Translations under genes and position numbers: made by a program
Assembly (NCBI GenBank): GCA_910578245.1
Contig: CAJTPC010000005.1
Location: forward strand, 2,850-66,849
Reading direction: 5' to 3'
From: an uncultured Christensenella sp.
GTDB lineage: Bacteria > Bacillota > Clostridia > Christensenellales > UBA3700
DNA: 64,000 bases
Part shown: positions 29,634-36,588 of the stretch, one piece after another
How positions within the stretch are numbered: position 1 is the stretch's first letter
How the letters are laid out: every line of letters starts with the position of its first letter
The notes under the pieces: generated by a model
Told to the model about the DNA's origin: nothing
Database searches by the model: none
Seen by the model: only the letters and a program-made list of their open reading frames with translations

Positions 29634-29704
29634 AGACCTCTCAACTACGCTCGAGGTGACGTAATTCGTCATTTCGACCAAGCGAAGCGAAATGGAGAAA
29701 TCTC
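29634..29704. repeat. Family 1 repeat (V plus U modules)
   Basis: GACCTCTCAACTACGCTCGAGGTGAC, then GTCATTTCGACCAAGCGAAGCGAAATGGAGAAATCTC. The latter has an internal hairpin CATTTCG-N11-CGAAATG. Confidence 0.75.
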
Positions 29705-29755
29705 TTGGGTGTAACCAATTTAGAATTAAAATCATAAAATAAACGAGGTGATAGA

Positions 29756-29959
29756 ATGGATATGGATTTTGCAAAAATGATGCAAATGATGAACTCAATG
29801 AACGGCGGTGGAAATAAGGATATGAATATGCTTATGCAACTACTGCCTACCATGATGAATAACGCAGGCGGAAATAAACCTGCGCAAGCAACTCAAATTA
29901 CGCTCAACTCAGACGAAGTAAATAAAAGTATATTCAAACTATATCAAGACGAGAACTAA
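29756..29959 (+). CDS. Met-rich small hypothetical protein
   Basis: 67 aa with a GAGGTGA SD 5 nt upstream. The sequence is MDMDFAKMMQMMNSMNGGGNKDMNMLMQLLPTMMNN... No signal peptide. Confidence 0.6.
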   Translation: MDMDFAKMMQMMNSMNGGGNKDMNMLMQLLPTMMNNAGGNKPAQATQITLNSDEVNKSIFKLYQDEN

Positions 29960-30016
29960 ACTTATTCAATATTAAAATTATGGACAAAATAGGACTTAAT
30001 AAATAGAGGAAAAGAT

Positions 30017-30337
30017 ATGAAGAAAAACAATAATACTTCAAACAACCAAGGTTTTTACAACTGGAAAAGTCAAAACTCCACCCCGAATTTTGACTTTTCT
30101 CAAGCGTCGCAAAATACCAACTCTCAACCTACTCTCGAGAGTGAAATCAATAAGTACTCTCACATGTCTGAAGAAAGACTCATGCAAGAGATGTTCACCT
30201 TGGTCAATCAAGGCAGACAAAACGGCACGCTCGACAATGCTAAACTTGAAGAATTTTTTAATTCCGCAAGCTGTATGCTAAGCAGTGAGCAAATCGTCAA
30301 ATTACGCTCTCTAATCGATATGGCAAAGCAATCGTAA
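30017..30337 (+). CDS. Hypothetical protein with an N/Q/S-rich N-terminus and a helical C-terminal part
   Basis: 106 aa with an AGAGGAAAAG SD-like sequence upstream. No family recognised. Confidence 0.55.
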   Translation: MKKNNNTSNNQGFYNWKSQNSTPNFDFSQASQNTNSQPTLESEINKYSHMSEERLMQEMFTLVNQGRQNGTLDNAKLEEFFNSASCMLSSEQIVKLRSLIDMAKQS

Positions 30338-30344
30338 TTTTTAT

Positions 30345-30440
30345 GTTCGGCTCAAAGTGAGGCTAGTCAAATCTAAAATGCGTCTTTTCCGCCAATACAG
30401 CCTTTGACTCACGGCGACGTACATACGGGGAAACTCAAGA
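30345..30440 (+). repeat. Partial copy of repeat family 2
   Basis: GGCTAGTCAAATCTAAAATGCGTCTTTTCCGCCAATACAGCCTTTGACTCACGGCGACGTAC aligns with the first roughly 65 nt of the 21416 copy. It lies directly 3' of the preceding + gene. Confidence 0.65.
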
Positions 30441-30449
30441 GAGGGATTG

Positions 30450-30737
30450 TTACCTTAAAAGTTCATCCATATACTCCTTTACAAGTTGCAATTTTTCTTG
30501 AGATAAACATCTAGCCTTATCTAAAAATGCGATTTCTTCGGGAGTATATGTGAACTTAATACTCACCTGCAATATACCGCAGTCTTGGTCATAATAGAAT
30601 TTCCTAATAGGCTTACCTACTTTAATTCCCTCGGCTTTGTCTTTGTATTTTCCCCAAAAAGAATCAATTTTGCCATTCAAGGCTACAATGCCCTGTTGTA
30701 ATGCTTTTCTAACGTCTTTTTCAAATTTATCGCTCAT
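30450..30737 (-). CDS. Hypothetical protein
   Basis: 95 aa with a TAGGAGTG SD. Transcribed divergently from the XRE regulator. No family recognised. Confidence 0.55.
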   Translation of the reverse strand: MSDKFEKDVRKALQQGIVALNGKIDSFWGKYKDKAEGIKVGKPIRKFYYDQDCGILQVSIKFTYTPEEIAFLDKARCLSQEKLQLVKEYMDELLR

Positions 30738-30750
30738 GTGGTCACTCCTA

Positions 30751-30807
30751 TTAGAAGTTTTATGTTACTTCTAACTTTTTTAATATTGTATCATGCAAAT
30801 ATTGCAT
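30751..30807. promoter_or_regulatory. Operator-like inverted repeats in the divergent control region
   Basis: TTAGAAGT-N8-ACTTCTAA (30751-30774, perfect 8-bp arms) and ATGCAA-ATA-TTGCAT (30793-30807), plus repeated TGCATAA half-sites. Confidence 0.45.
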
Positions 30808-30851
30808 AACGCAAGCGAAATATGCATAAATCGCATAAAATATTATTAAAT

Positions 30852-31112
30852 ATGAATATATCGAAATTTCCTGAAAATTTGAATGATTTACTAAAAACGC
30901 ATAATATGTCACAACAAGCATTGGCAGATATGCTAGGGACTACCCAATCTACTATAAGTAGGTGGGTAAAAGGATTTACACGACCTAATTTTGAGGACTT
31001 GATTTTAATTAGTATTATCTTTAATGAATCAATAGACTTTTTATTGGGCAAAGAAGATTTAAGCGAAAGTCAAATAGAAGATATAAGAAGTATTTTATTG
31101 TCTAAAAAATAA
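30852..31112 (+). CDS. XRE-family helix-turn-helix transcriptional regulator
   Basis: HTH_3 signature LLKTHNMSQQALADMLGTTQSTISRWVKG. Neither ATG 30852 nor the track start 30822 has an SD. TAAAAT 11 nt upstream of 30852 suggests a near-leaderless mRNA. Confidence 0.8.
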   Translation: MNISKFPENLNDLLKTHNMSQQALADMLGTTQSTISRWVKGFTRPNFEDLILISIIFNESIDFLLGKEDLSESQIEDIRSILLSKK

Positions 31113-31162
31113 AAAGTGTAACTATGACCAAATTACAGTTTTCTAAAAATTTTACCAACTTA

Positions 31163-31437
31163 TTTAGATATAGATTCTTCGACTTCACTACGTTTCGCTC
31201 AGAATGACGCGCGCCCGCTTACACTACTTTATTGCGATTAACTCTCAATCAGAATATATATTGTTGAGATTTCTCCATTGCGCTTCGCTTCAGTCGAAAT
31301 GACAGCTAAGAGGCTTGCTTAGTCGAAATGACGGCAGAACTACTTGGTCGAAATGACGTTAGAAATGCTTAGAAAAAAGTAGAACTGTATGCCACCCAAC
31401 CGTCATTCTGAGCGAAGCGTAGCGAAGTCGAAGAATC
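31163..31437. repeat. Repeat scaffold: direct-repeat copy A, 37-bp inverted-repeat pair, and three GTCGAAATGAC repeats
   Basis: 31163-31239 is identical to 31778-31854 (77/77). 31173-31209 is the reverse complement of 31401-31437 (35/37). GTCGAAATGAC occurs at 31293, 31322 and 31347. TTAGAAATGCTTAG (the family 2 head) is at 31359. Confidence 0.85.
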
Positions 31438-31467
31438 TTTTCCCAAACTTATGTGAGTGTAATAAAA

Positions 31468-31764
31468 TCACTTCTCTATTTTATTTTCTCTAATCAAATC
31501 TTTCCATTCGGGATTCATCGAATTTATTAAGGCATTCTTTCTTTCCCTACGCCAACCCTTCAGTTGCTTTTCTCTTGCAATAGCATCTACTATACTTGAA
31601 TACTCTTCTACGTAAACCAACTTATTTAGATTGTATTTTTTAGTAAAACTATCTACAGCTTTATCATTATGCTCACTTAGACGCCGATAGATATTACTTG
31701 TAACTCCGATATATAAGGTTGTGTTCGTATAATTCGTTAATATGTAAACATAATTAGTTTTCAT
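31468..31764 (-). CDS. GIY-YIG nuclease family protein (small, URI-domain only)
   Basis: About 98 aa from ATG 31764 (MKTNYVYILTN..LYIGVTSNIYRRLSEHN...KLVYVEEY...AIAREKQLKGWRRERK..LI...NPEWKDL). The track start at 31803 lies inside the flanking repeat. Confidence 0.85.
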   Translation of the reverse strand: MKTNYVYILTNYTNTTLYIGVTSNIYRRLSEHNDKAVDSFTKKYNLNKLVYVEEYSSIVDAIAREKQLKGWRRERKNALINSMNPEWKDLIRENKIEK

Positions 31765-31777
31765 TAGCATTTCCTTT

Positions 31778-31883
31778 TTTAGATATAGATTCTTCGACTT
31801 CACTACGTTTCGCTCAGAATGACGCGCGCCCGCTTACACTACTTTATTGCGATTTCACGTCAAGCGGAAATATATATTGTATA
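31778..31883. repeat. Direct-repeat copy B, immediately upstream of the GIY-YIG gene
   Basis: 77 bp identical to 31163-31239, followed by about 30 bp of degenerate similarity (shared AATATATATTGT). Confidence 0.85.
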
Positions 31884-31897
31884 GATTGACGGCGCAT

Positions 31898-32623
31898 TTA
31901 TGATAGCAACTCATAAATTTGCTTACGCGCTCTATTTAATTGCTCACCGTATATATCTCTCCCCGCTTGCTTTTGCTCAATATCCAAACATCCTTTTATC
32001 ATTACGGCTTCGCCGTCTTTGCGCTCAAAGACAAATACTTTATCTGCTATTGCAAGCGCCTCTTCTACGTCGTGAGTGACAAAAACTACGCTCTTATTCT
32101 CTATAAGCGGAATTAAAAGATTGAGAATATCCTTTTTAAGTTTTACGTCAAGACCTTTGAACGGCTCGTCAAGAAGCAATATATTGCTATCGGTTACAAG
32201 TGCTCTCGCTAAAGATACTCTGCTCGCCTGCCCACCGCTGATTTTACTTGGGTATGACTTGCGACAATCCTCAAGTTGTAATTTAGCAATTACAACGTCC
32301 ACCTTTTGCTTGACTTGCTCTTTGGTCAAACTTCTCGGCAAAACGAATTTTATATTATCCTCTACGCTCATTGACGGTATAAGTCGCGGTTGTTGAAAGA
32401 CGTACGCAAAGTTTATGCAATTATTGCAATCGTCACCAATTGCGTCATAAGCAATATTTCCGTCAAAGTCAAGTTGTCTGCTAATGCAGTTGAGCAACGT
32501 AGTCTTGCCTGCTCCCGAACCGCCCATAATGCAAGTTACGCCCTTTGGCATATCCATATTTAAGTCTTGAAAAATCTTCTTGTCGCCGTAGGCAAAATTC
32601 AAATTCTCTATTCTCATAACCAC
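31898..32623 (-). CDS. ABC transporter ATP-binding protein (NitT/TauT family-like)
   Basis: Walker A GGSGAGKTT, signature ISGGQASR, Walker B LLLDEPF, and H-loop VTHD. Confidence 0.9.
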   Translation of the reverse strand: MVMRIENLNFAYGDKKIFQDLNMDMPKGVTCIMGGSGAGKTTLLNCISRQLDFDGNIAYDAIGDDCNNCINFAYVFQQPRLIPSMSVEDNIKFVLPRSLTKEQVKQKVDVVIAKLQLEDCRKSYPSKISGGQASRVSLARALVTDSNILLLDEPFKGLDVKLKKDILNLLIPLIENKSVVFVTHDVEEALAIADKVFVFERKDGEAVMIKGCLDIEQKQAGRDIYGEQLNRARKQIYELLS

Positions 32624-33375
32624 TTTACCGCCTTCTTTTGAATAAGCGTAACTATCCCCTCAAAAAGTCCGCCCAACAATATTGCGACTATAGTCCAGGC
32701 AAGCAATACCGCCGTATCAAGATTGATTTTGGCAAGTTGCATATATAACCCCATGCTGTCTGCCGTCTGCGCAAGTACTTCGGCGGAAATAATGAGTTTA
32801 AGATTTAGCCCTATTGAGCTTTTTATACTTGTAAATACCGACGGCAGAGCCTGAGGAATATATAGCTTCGTCACTAGCCGTCGCTTATCCACTGCGTATA
32901 CTCTCGACATCTCAATCAAGTCCTTGTCTACGCTCTCTATAGCGTCGCAAAAGCCCGTGTACAGCATTGGGAATACTATGCAAAATGCGACCAGCACTGT
33001 CGATTGAAAACTGTTGAACCATATCAAAGCCAAGAGTATCAAAGACATTGTCGGCAGTACTCTGATAAGCGCTACTATAGGAGAAAACGCTCTGCGCAAC
33101 GGCTTCCATAACTTTGTCAACGCGGCAAGGGCAAACGCTAAGACAAATGATAAGACGTACGCAATAAATGCTCTCCATAGCGTTCCGCCCACCGCTTTGT
33201 AAAATTCCCCTTTGCCAAACATAGCAAAAAATTCTTTGAGCGTACTCCCCACAGACGGCGAAATCAACTCCACGCCTACGACCTTGGATATTATTGCGTA
33301 GACGATTACTATCATGACTACAGTCACGACCGGAAGCGAGTAATTGATAATTTGATATAGCTTTTTATTCTTCAT
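32614..33375 (-). CDS. ABC transporter permease (NitT/TauT family-like)
   Basis: 253 aa, about 6 TM, binding-protein-dependent transport inner-membrane type. Overlaps the ATPase start. Confidence 0.85.
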   Translation of the reverse strand: MKNKKLYQIINYSLPVVTVVMIVIVYAIISKVVGVELISPSVGSTLKEFFAMFGKGEFYKAVGGTLWRAFIAYVLSFVLAFALAALTKLWKPLRRAFSPIVALIRVLPTMSLILLALIWFNSFQSTVLVAFCIVFPMLYTGFCDAIESVDKDLIEMSRVYAVDKRRLVTKLYIPQALPSVFTSIKSSIGLNLKLIISAEVLAQTADSMGLYMQLAKINLDTAVLLAWTIVAILLGGLFEGIVTLIQKKAVKWL

Positions 33376-34389
33376 TTATTCTAAATAAAAATCGTCGCTT
33401 GGCAACTTACCGCCTATGAGATTGGCATTGATTGCCATTACCGCTTTCAAAGTATTCTCGTAGTACTCTCTTCCTGCAGACGTATTAGTAGCGACAGTCT
33501 TAATGTTACATCTCTCAATGACGTCCATAGTCACGTTGGCTTGCAATGCGCTCTGCGGATATATTGCCTTGATATTTGCTACCGCCTGCGCAGAATCTAC
33601 CATTATGCTATTCTCGTTCGCCTTGAGAGCATACAAGAGATTATTTACAAATTCGCTGTCTTCGCATACGCTGTCGCGAGCAATGAGTACCGCTTGCGCA
33701 TATCCGCTTTGACTGCTCTCGTCTATCTCTGCCCACAACTTTTGCAAATCAAAGACCTGCTCAAAACCCTTAGCAAACGAAGTCGTGACCGCAGGCTCGC
33801 CGTAGATACCAAATGCAAGTTTGTTTTCAGACTTTGCCAAAGCAAGTTGGGATATTACTTCGCTACCGTCAGCGTAGTACTTTATCGCGACTTTACCCGC
33901 TACCGCTTCTTCGCTGACAACGTACTCTATACCCGCATTTGTAAGCAAGGTCTTGAAAATCATATCGGGTACGCTTGACTGACCTATCGAATATACCATC
34001 TTGCCTTTTAGGTCTTGCAATGAATTGACTTCGCAAGATATGCTAGACGTCATATATAAGTTGCCGTTGGTGACGACAGCCAATATCTTGTAGCCACCGC
34101 TTGAATTGAAGATCCTTGCCCCTAGATTTGCCGGAACAATAGCCATGTCCACGTCGCTCTTTACAGCCTCGGTACTTATAATAGAAGAAGATACAACTTT
34201 TCTTTCAATCCTAAGAGATAGGCCGTCCCCTTCTATTTCAAACGGTAAATCTGCTATAGCCAAAGCCGGCGCGCCATCGGGAGCCACTATAGTGTAGTAC
34301 TCTCTAAAACGCGTAGGCGTACACGCTGTAAATGCTACTGCGCTCACTAAGATTGCTACTACCATTATTGCTACAAAAAACTTTTTCAT
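33376..34389 (-). CDS. ABC transporter substrate-binding lipoprotein (NMT1/SsuA-like)
   Basis: Start at ATG 34389 (MKKFFVAIM...FTAC lipobox), 8 nt after TAGGAG. Contains an APDGAPALA motif and lies adjacent to the permease and ATPase. Confidence 0.75.
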   Translation of the reverse strand: MKKFFVAIMVVAILVSAVAFTACTPTRFREYYTIVAPDGAPALAIADLPFEIEGDGLSLRIERKVVSSSIISTEAVKSDVDMAIVPANLGARIFNSSGGYKILAVVTNGNLYMTSSISCEVNSLQDLKGKMVYSIGQSSVPDMIFKTLLTNAGIEYVVSEEAVAGKVAIKYYADGSEVISQLALAKSENKLAFGIYGEPAVTTSFAKGFEQVFDLQKLWAEIDESSQSGYAQAVLIARDSVCEDSEFVNNLLYALKANENSIMVDSAQAVANIKAIYPQSALQANVTMDVIERCNIKTVATNTSAGREYYENTLKAVMAINANLIGGKLPSDDFYLE

Positions 34390-34430
34390 AATATATACTC
34401 CTATATATTTATCACCCACTATATTTTTAC

Positions 34431-34565
34431 GTCATTTCGAGCGTAGTCGAGAAATCTCAACCGCTCAAACTCAAATCCCCTTACCTCTTCACTATTCACT
34501 ATTACCTCTTACCTCACCCAACTTAAAAATCCGTCACTTCTTACCTATTCACTATTACTTATTAC
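34431..34565. repeat. Composite intercistronic repeat block
   Basis: 34431-34458 is identical (28/28) to 22538-22565. Two 27-nt copies follow, CTTACCTCTTCACTATTCACTATTACC (34480) and CTTACCTATTCACTATTACTTATTACC (34540), matching 23/27. Confidence 0.75.
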
Positions 34566-34826
34566 CTAAACTTCGTCTAAGTCCAACGCTGTGACGGCAG
34601 ACTTAACGTACACGTTGTTGAGTTTGCCAAGTCTACCCGTCAATGCGGAAATCTGCTCGTTGGTACCCTTGACGATTACGCTTATTGCGCTTATACCGCT
34701 CTCTTTGTCCGGTACTCCCATTCTGCCTACGATAATTTCGCTGAACGTAGAAAGCAAGTTTTGAATTGCCAGCGCAGATTCCTTATCGCGCTTTAGTACA
34801 ATGCCGATTACGCCTATTCTTTTCAT
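34566..34826 (-). CDS. TM1266-like ACT/NikR-C-like small putative regulator
   Basis: 86 aa from ATG 34826 (MKRIGVIGIVLKRDKESALAIQNLLSTFSEIIVGRMGVP...ISVIVKGTNEQISALTGRLGKL), with AAGGAG 6 nt upstream. The family assignment is from memory. Confidence 0.6.
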   Translation of the reverse strand: MKRIGVIGIVLKRDKESALAIQNLLSTFSEIIVGRMGVPDKESGISAISVIVKGTNEQISALTGRLGKLNNVYVKSAVTALDLDEV

Positions 34827-35000
34827 AAAAACTCCTTTTGGAGAGAAGGAAAACCCTATAAAAAAACTCCGCATAATTGCAGAGTAAAGTCAAGTCTTAT
34901 ATTGATTGATTCCCTACTCTCCGAATGATCATCGATTTGGTGTATACTTTTGTTTTATTATTGACCAAGTCGGCGAGAGTATCACCGACTTGGACATCTA
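34827..35000 (-). promoter_or_regulatory. Structured 5' leader with a terminator and competing pairings (unclassified)
   Basis: Contains P1 CCAAGUCGG-N11-CCGACUUGG (34965-34993) and a terminator CUCUGC-AAUUAU-GCGGAG plus U7 (34860-34884). GGAGAGUA (34915-22) is complementary to the P1 loop UACUCUC, to the terminator arm UACUCU, and to CUCUCC next to the SD. Confidence 0.5.
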
Positions 35001-35007
35001 TAATCTT

Positions 35008-35037
35008 ATTATATTATTTTCTGTACTTATATGTCAA
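35008..35037 (-). promoter_or_regulatory. Sigma-A-type promoter driving the leader
   Basis: Minus strand TTGACA, 18 nt spacer, TATAAT, about 30 nt downstream of the peptidase stop. Confidence 0.6.
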
Positions 35038-35066
35038 GTATAATAATTTATGACGTATATATCTTC

Positions 35067-36479
35067 TTAGTAGCCCAATATCTCCATTGCCCTCTTCGTG
35101 CATGCGTCTTTGCTGTAAGCCACTAATCTATCGGTGACGGTATTCTCCGCAAGCGGAGTAAAGCCTTCGCCGTGAATACACTTTTCCCATACCATTTTAC
35201 CGTTGTCATCGGCAGTCGGCACATAGTACGTTCCGTTGGTGACGTACAAATAATCGCCGTTGGAAAGTACGAATACCTTTTGAGCTACGCCCTTGCCATA
35301 AGTTTGAGTACCTACTATCTTTGCATTGTTGTAATACTGCAATGCGCCAATTAAAGCCTCTGATGCAGACGCGGAATTACCGTTGCAAAGTACTACGACT
35401 TCAAAGCCTTCTACTCTGTTGCCAATCGGAAAAGCCTCGTAAGGATTGTTGGGATTGGCATAATCTTCACGACTGGAGTATACGAGATTACTCTCTTTCT
35501 TGCCGTTGCCTGCATTAGATACAAGTTTAATCAACGGCAACGCTTCATTTTTTGGATTGTTGAGCAAGAACTGCGCCATATACTCTAGCGTTGTCGAGTT
35601 GCCGCCACCGTTGTTACGCAAGTCAAGTATCAACTTTTTGTTGCCGTCGTCTATAAATTTTAGTACGCACTGAGCAAAATCAATCGTCGTATTCTCGGAA
35701 AATTCAAGCACTTTGATTATTCCAACTTCTCCTGTATAGTTATAGTAAAACGCCGTTTTGCCATTAGATGCTTGCTTTTCTAAACTAAAAGCGTAATATC
35801 CGTCCGAATAATTACTATCATACTTCTTGATAATTAACATCGCGCTTTCGTTTTCACTTAAAAGTTGACGCAAATAATTCACATTGGCATTCTCTACTCT
35901 ATAAAAATAACCTGTTCCTTTTTCATCCGCTATTAATACGCCGTAAATCTTATCGCCTTCTTCAATATTCACTTGTTGATTAGGAGCGGATGGGTCGAAA
36001 TCTTTGTCAATAATAATATTTCCGTTTTCAACATCGCACTTAATCCCGACAGCGCTCCTAGCTGACGAGTCAGGGTCAATAAACGTAATAAAATGTTCGT
36101 TGTAAACCGTGCTGGATACGCTTAGACCGTAAGTGCCCGATTGAGTATCGTTTCCGTCCACTTTTACTATACCGGAAAAATTGTCAAGCGATCCTGCGAA
36201 AGCGCTTGCCGCTACCTCTTGAAACTCATCCCAAGAAATGTCTTTGTAATAATACTTCTTCATTATCTCGTATGCCTCTTGCATAAGCGGCATATCGTTC
36301 TTCATTCCCGTATTTGCGCCAATTACAATGCCTACCGCAAAAATCGCGCCAACCAAGAAAATGCAAACTACCGTGACGAGCGCAATTATCTTAACGCTCA
36401 ACTTTTTCTTCATAGGCGAAATATTAGGATTGTTAAAATCCTCTTGCGCAAAAATGCTCTTCAAATCCATATTATCCAA
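35067..36479 (-). CDS. S41-family C-terminal processing peptidase
   Basis: 470 aa with an N-terminal TM anchor. Motifs are LILDLRNNGGG, GNSASASEALIGALQ and TYGKG. Confidence 0.85.
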   Translation of the reverse strand: MDNMDLKSIFAQEDFNNPNISPMKKKLSVKIIALVTVVCIFLVGAIFAVGIVIGANTGMKNDMPLMQEAYEIMKKYYYKDISWDEFQEVAASAFAGSLDNFSGIVKVDGNDTQSGTYGLSVSSTVYNEHFITFIDPDSSARSAVGIKCDVENGNIIIDKDFDPSAPNQQVNIEEGDKIYGVLIADEKGTGYFYRVENANVNYLRQLLSENESAMLIIKKYDSNYSDGYYAFSLEKQASNGKTAFYYNYTGEVGIIKVLEFSENTTIDFAQCVLKFIDDGNKKLILDLRNNGGGNSTTLEYMAQFLLNNPKNEALPLIKLVSNAGNGKKESNLVYSSREDYANPNNPYEAFPIGNRVEGFEVVVLCNGNSASASEALIGALQYYNNAKIVGTQTYGKGVAQKVFVLSNGDYLYVTNGTYYVPTADDNGKMVWEKCIHGEGFTPLAENTVTDRLVAYSKDACTKRAMEILGY

Positions 36480-36588
36480 AATACACCTCTCGTACTATTA
36501 TTGACCGAATATTCTTAAATACTCGGATTGCGTTTTATATTATTATTTCGCCATAAAACTTTTATGGACGATCTGGGACAAATTATAA

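Noticed and set aside
31266-31371. Considered whether the spaced GTCGAAATGAC repeats, or the 162-bp array at 62242-62632, could be a CRISPR array.
   Set aside because: There are only three 11-nt repeats with irregular 25-29-nt spacing. In the 162-bp array the supposed spacers are themselves conserved between units. No cas genes and no leader are in the window.
34827-35000. Considered the leader as a TPP riboswitch (the NMT1/ThiY-like binding protein lies downstream) or as a yybP-ykoY Mn riboswitch (GGAGAGUAG resembles GGGGAGUAG).
   Set aside because: There is no CUGAGA or ACCUGAUCUGGAUAAUGCCAGCG-type TPP core. For yybP-ykoY the element is too short, and it lacks the second conserved loop and the four-way junction arms. 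It remains unclassified.
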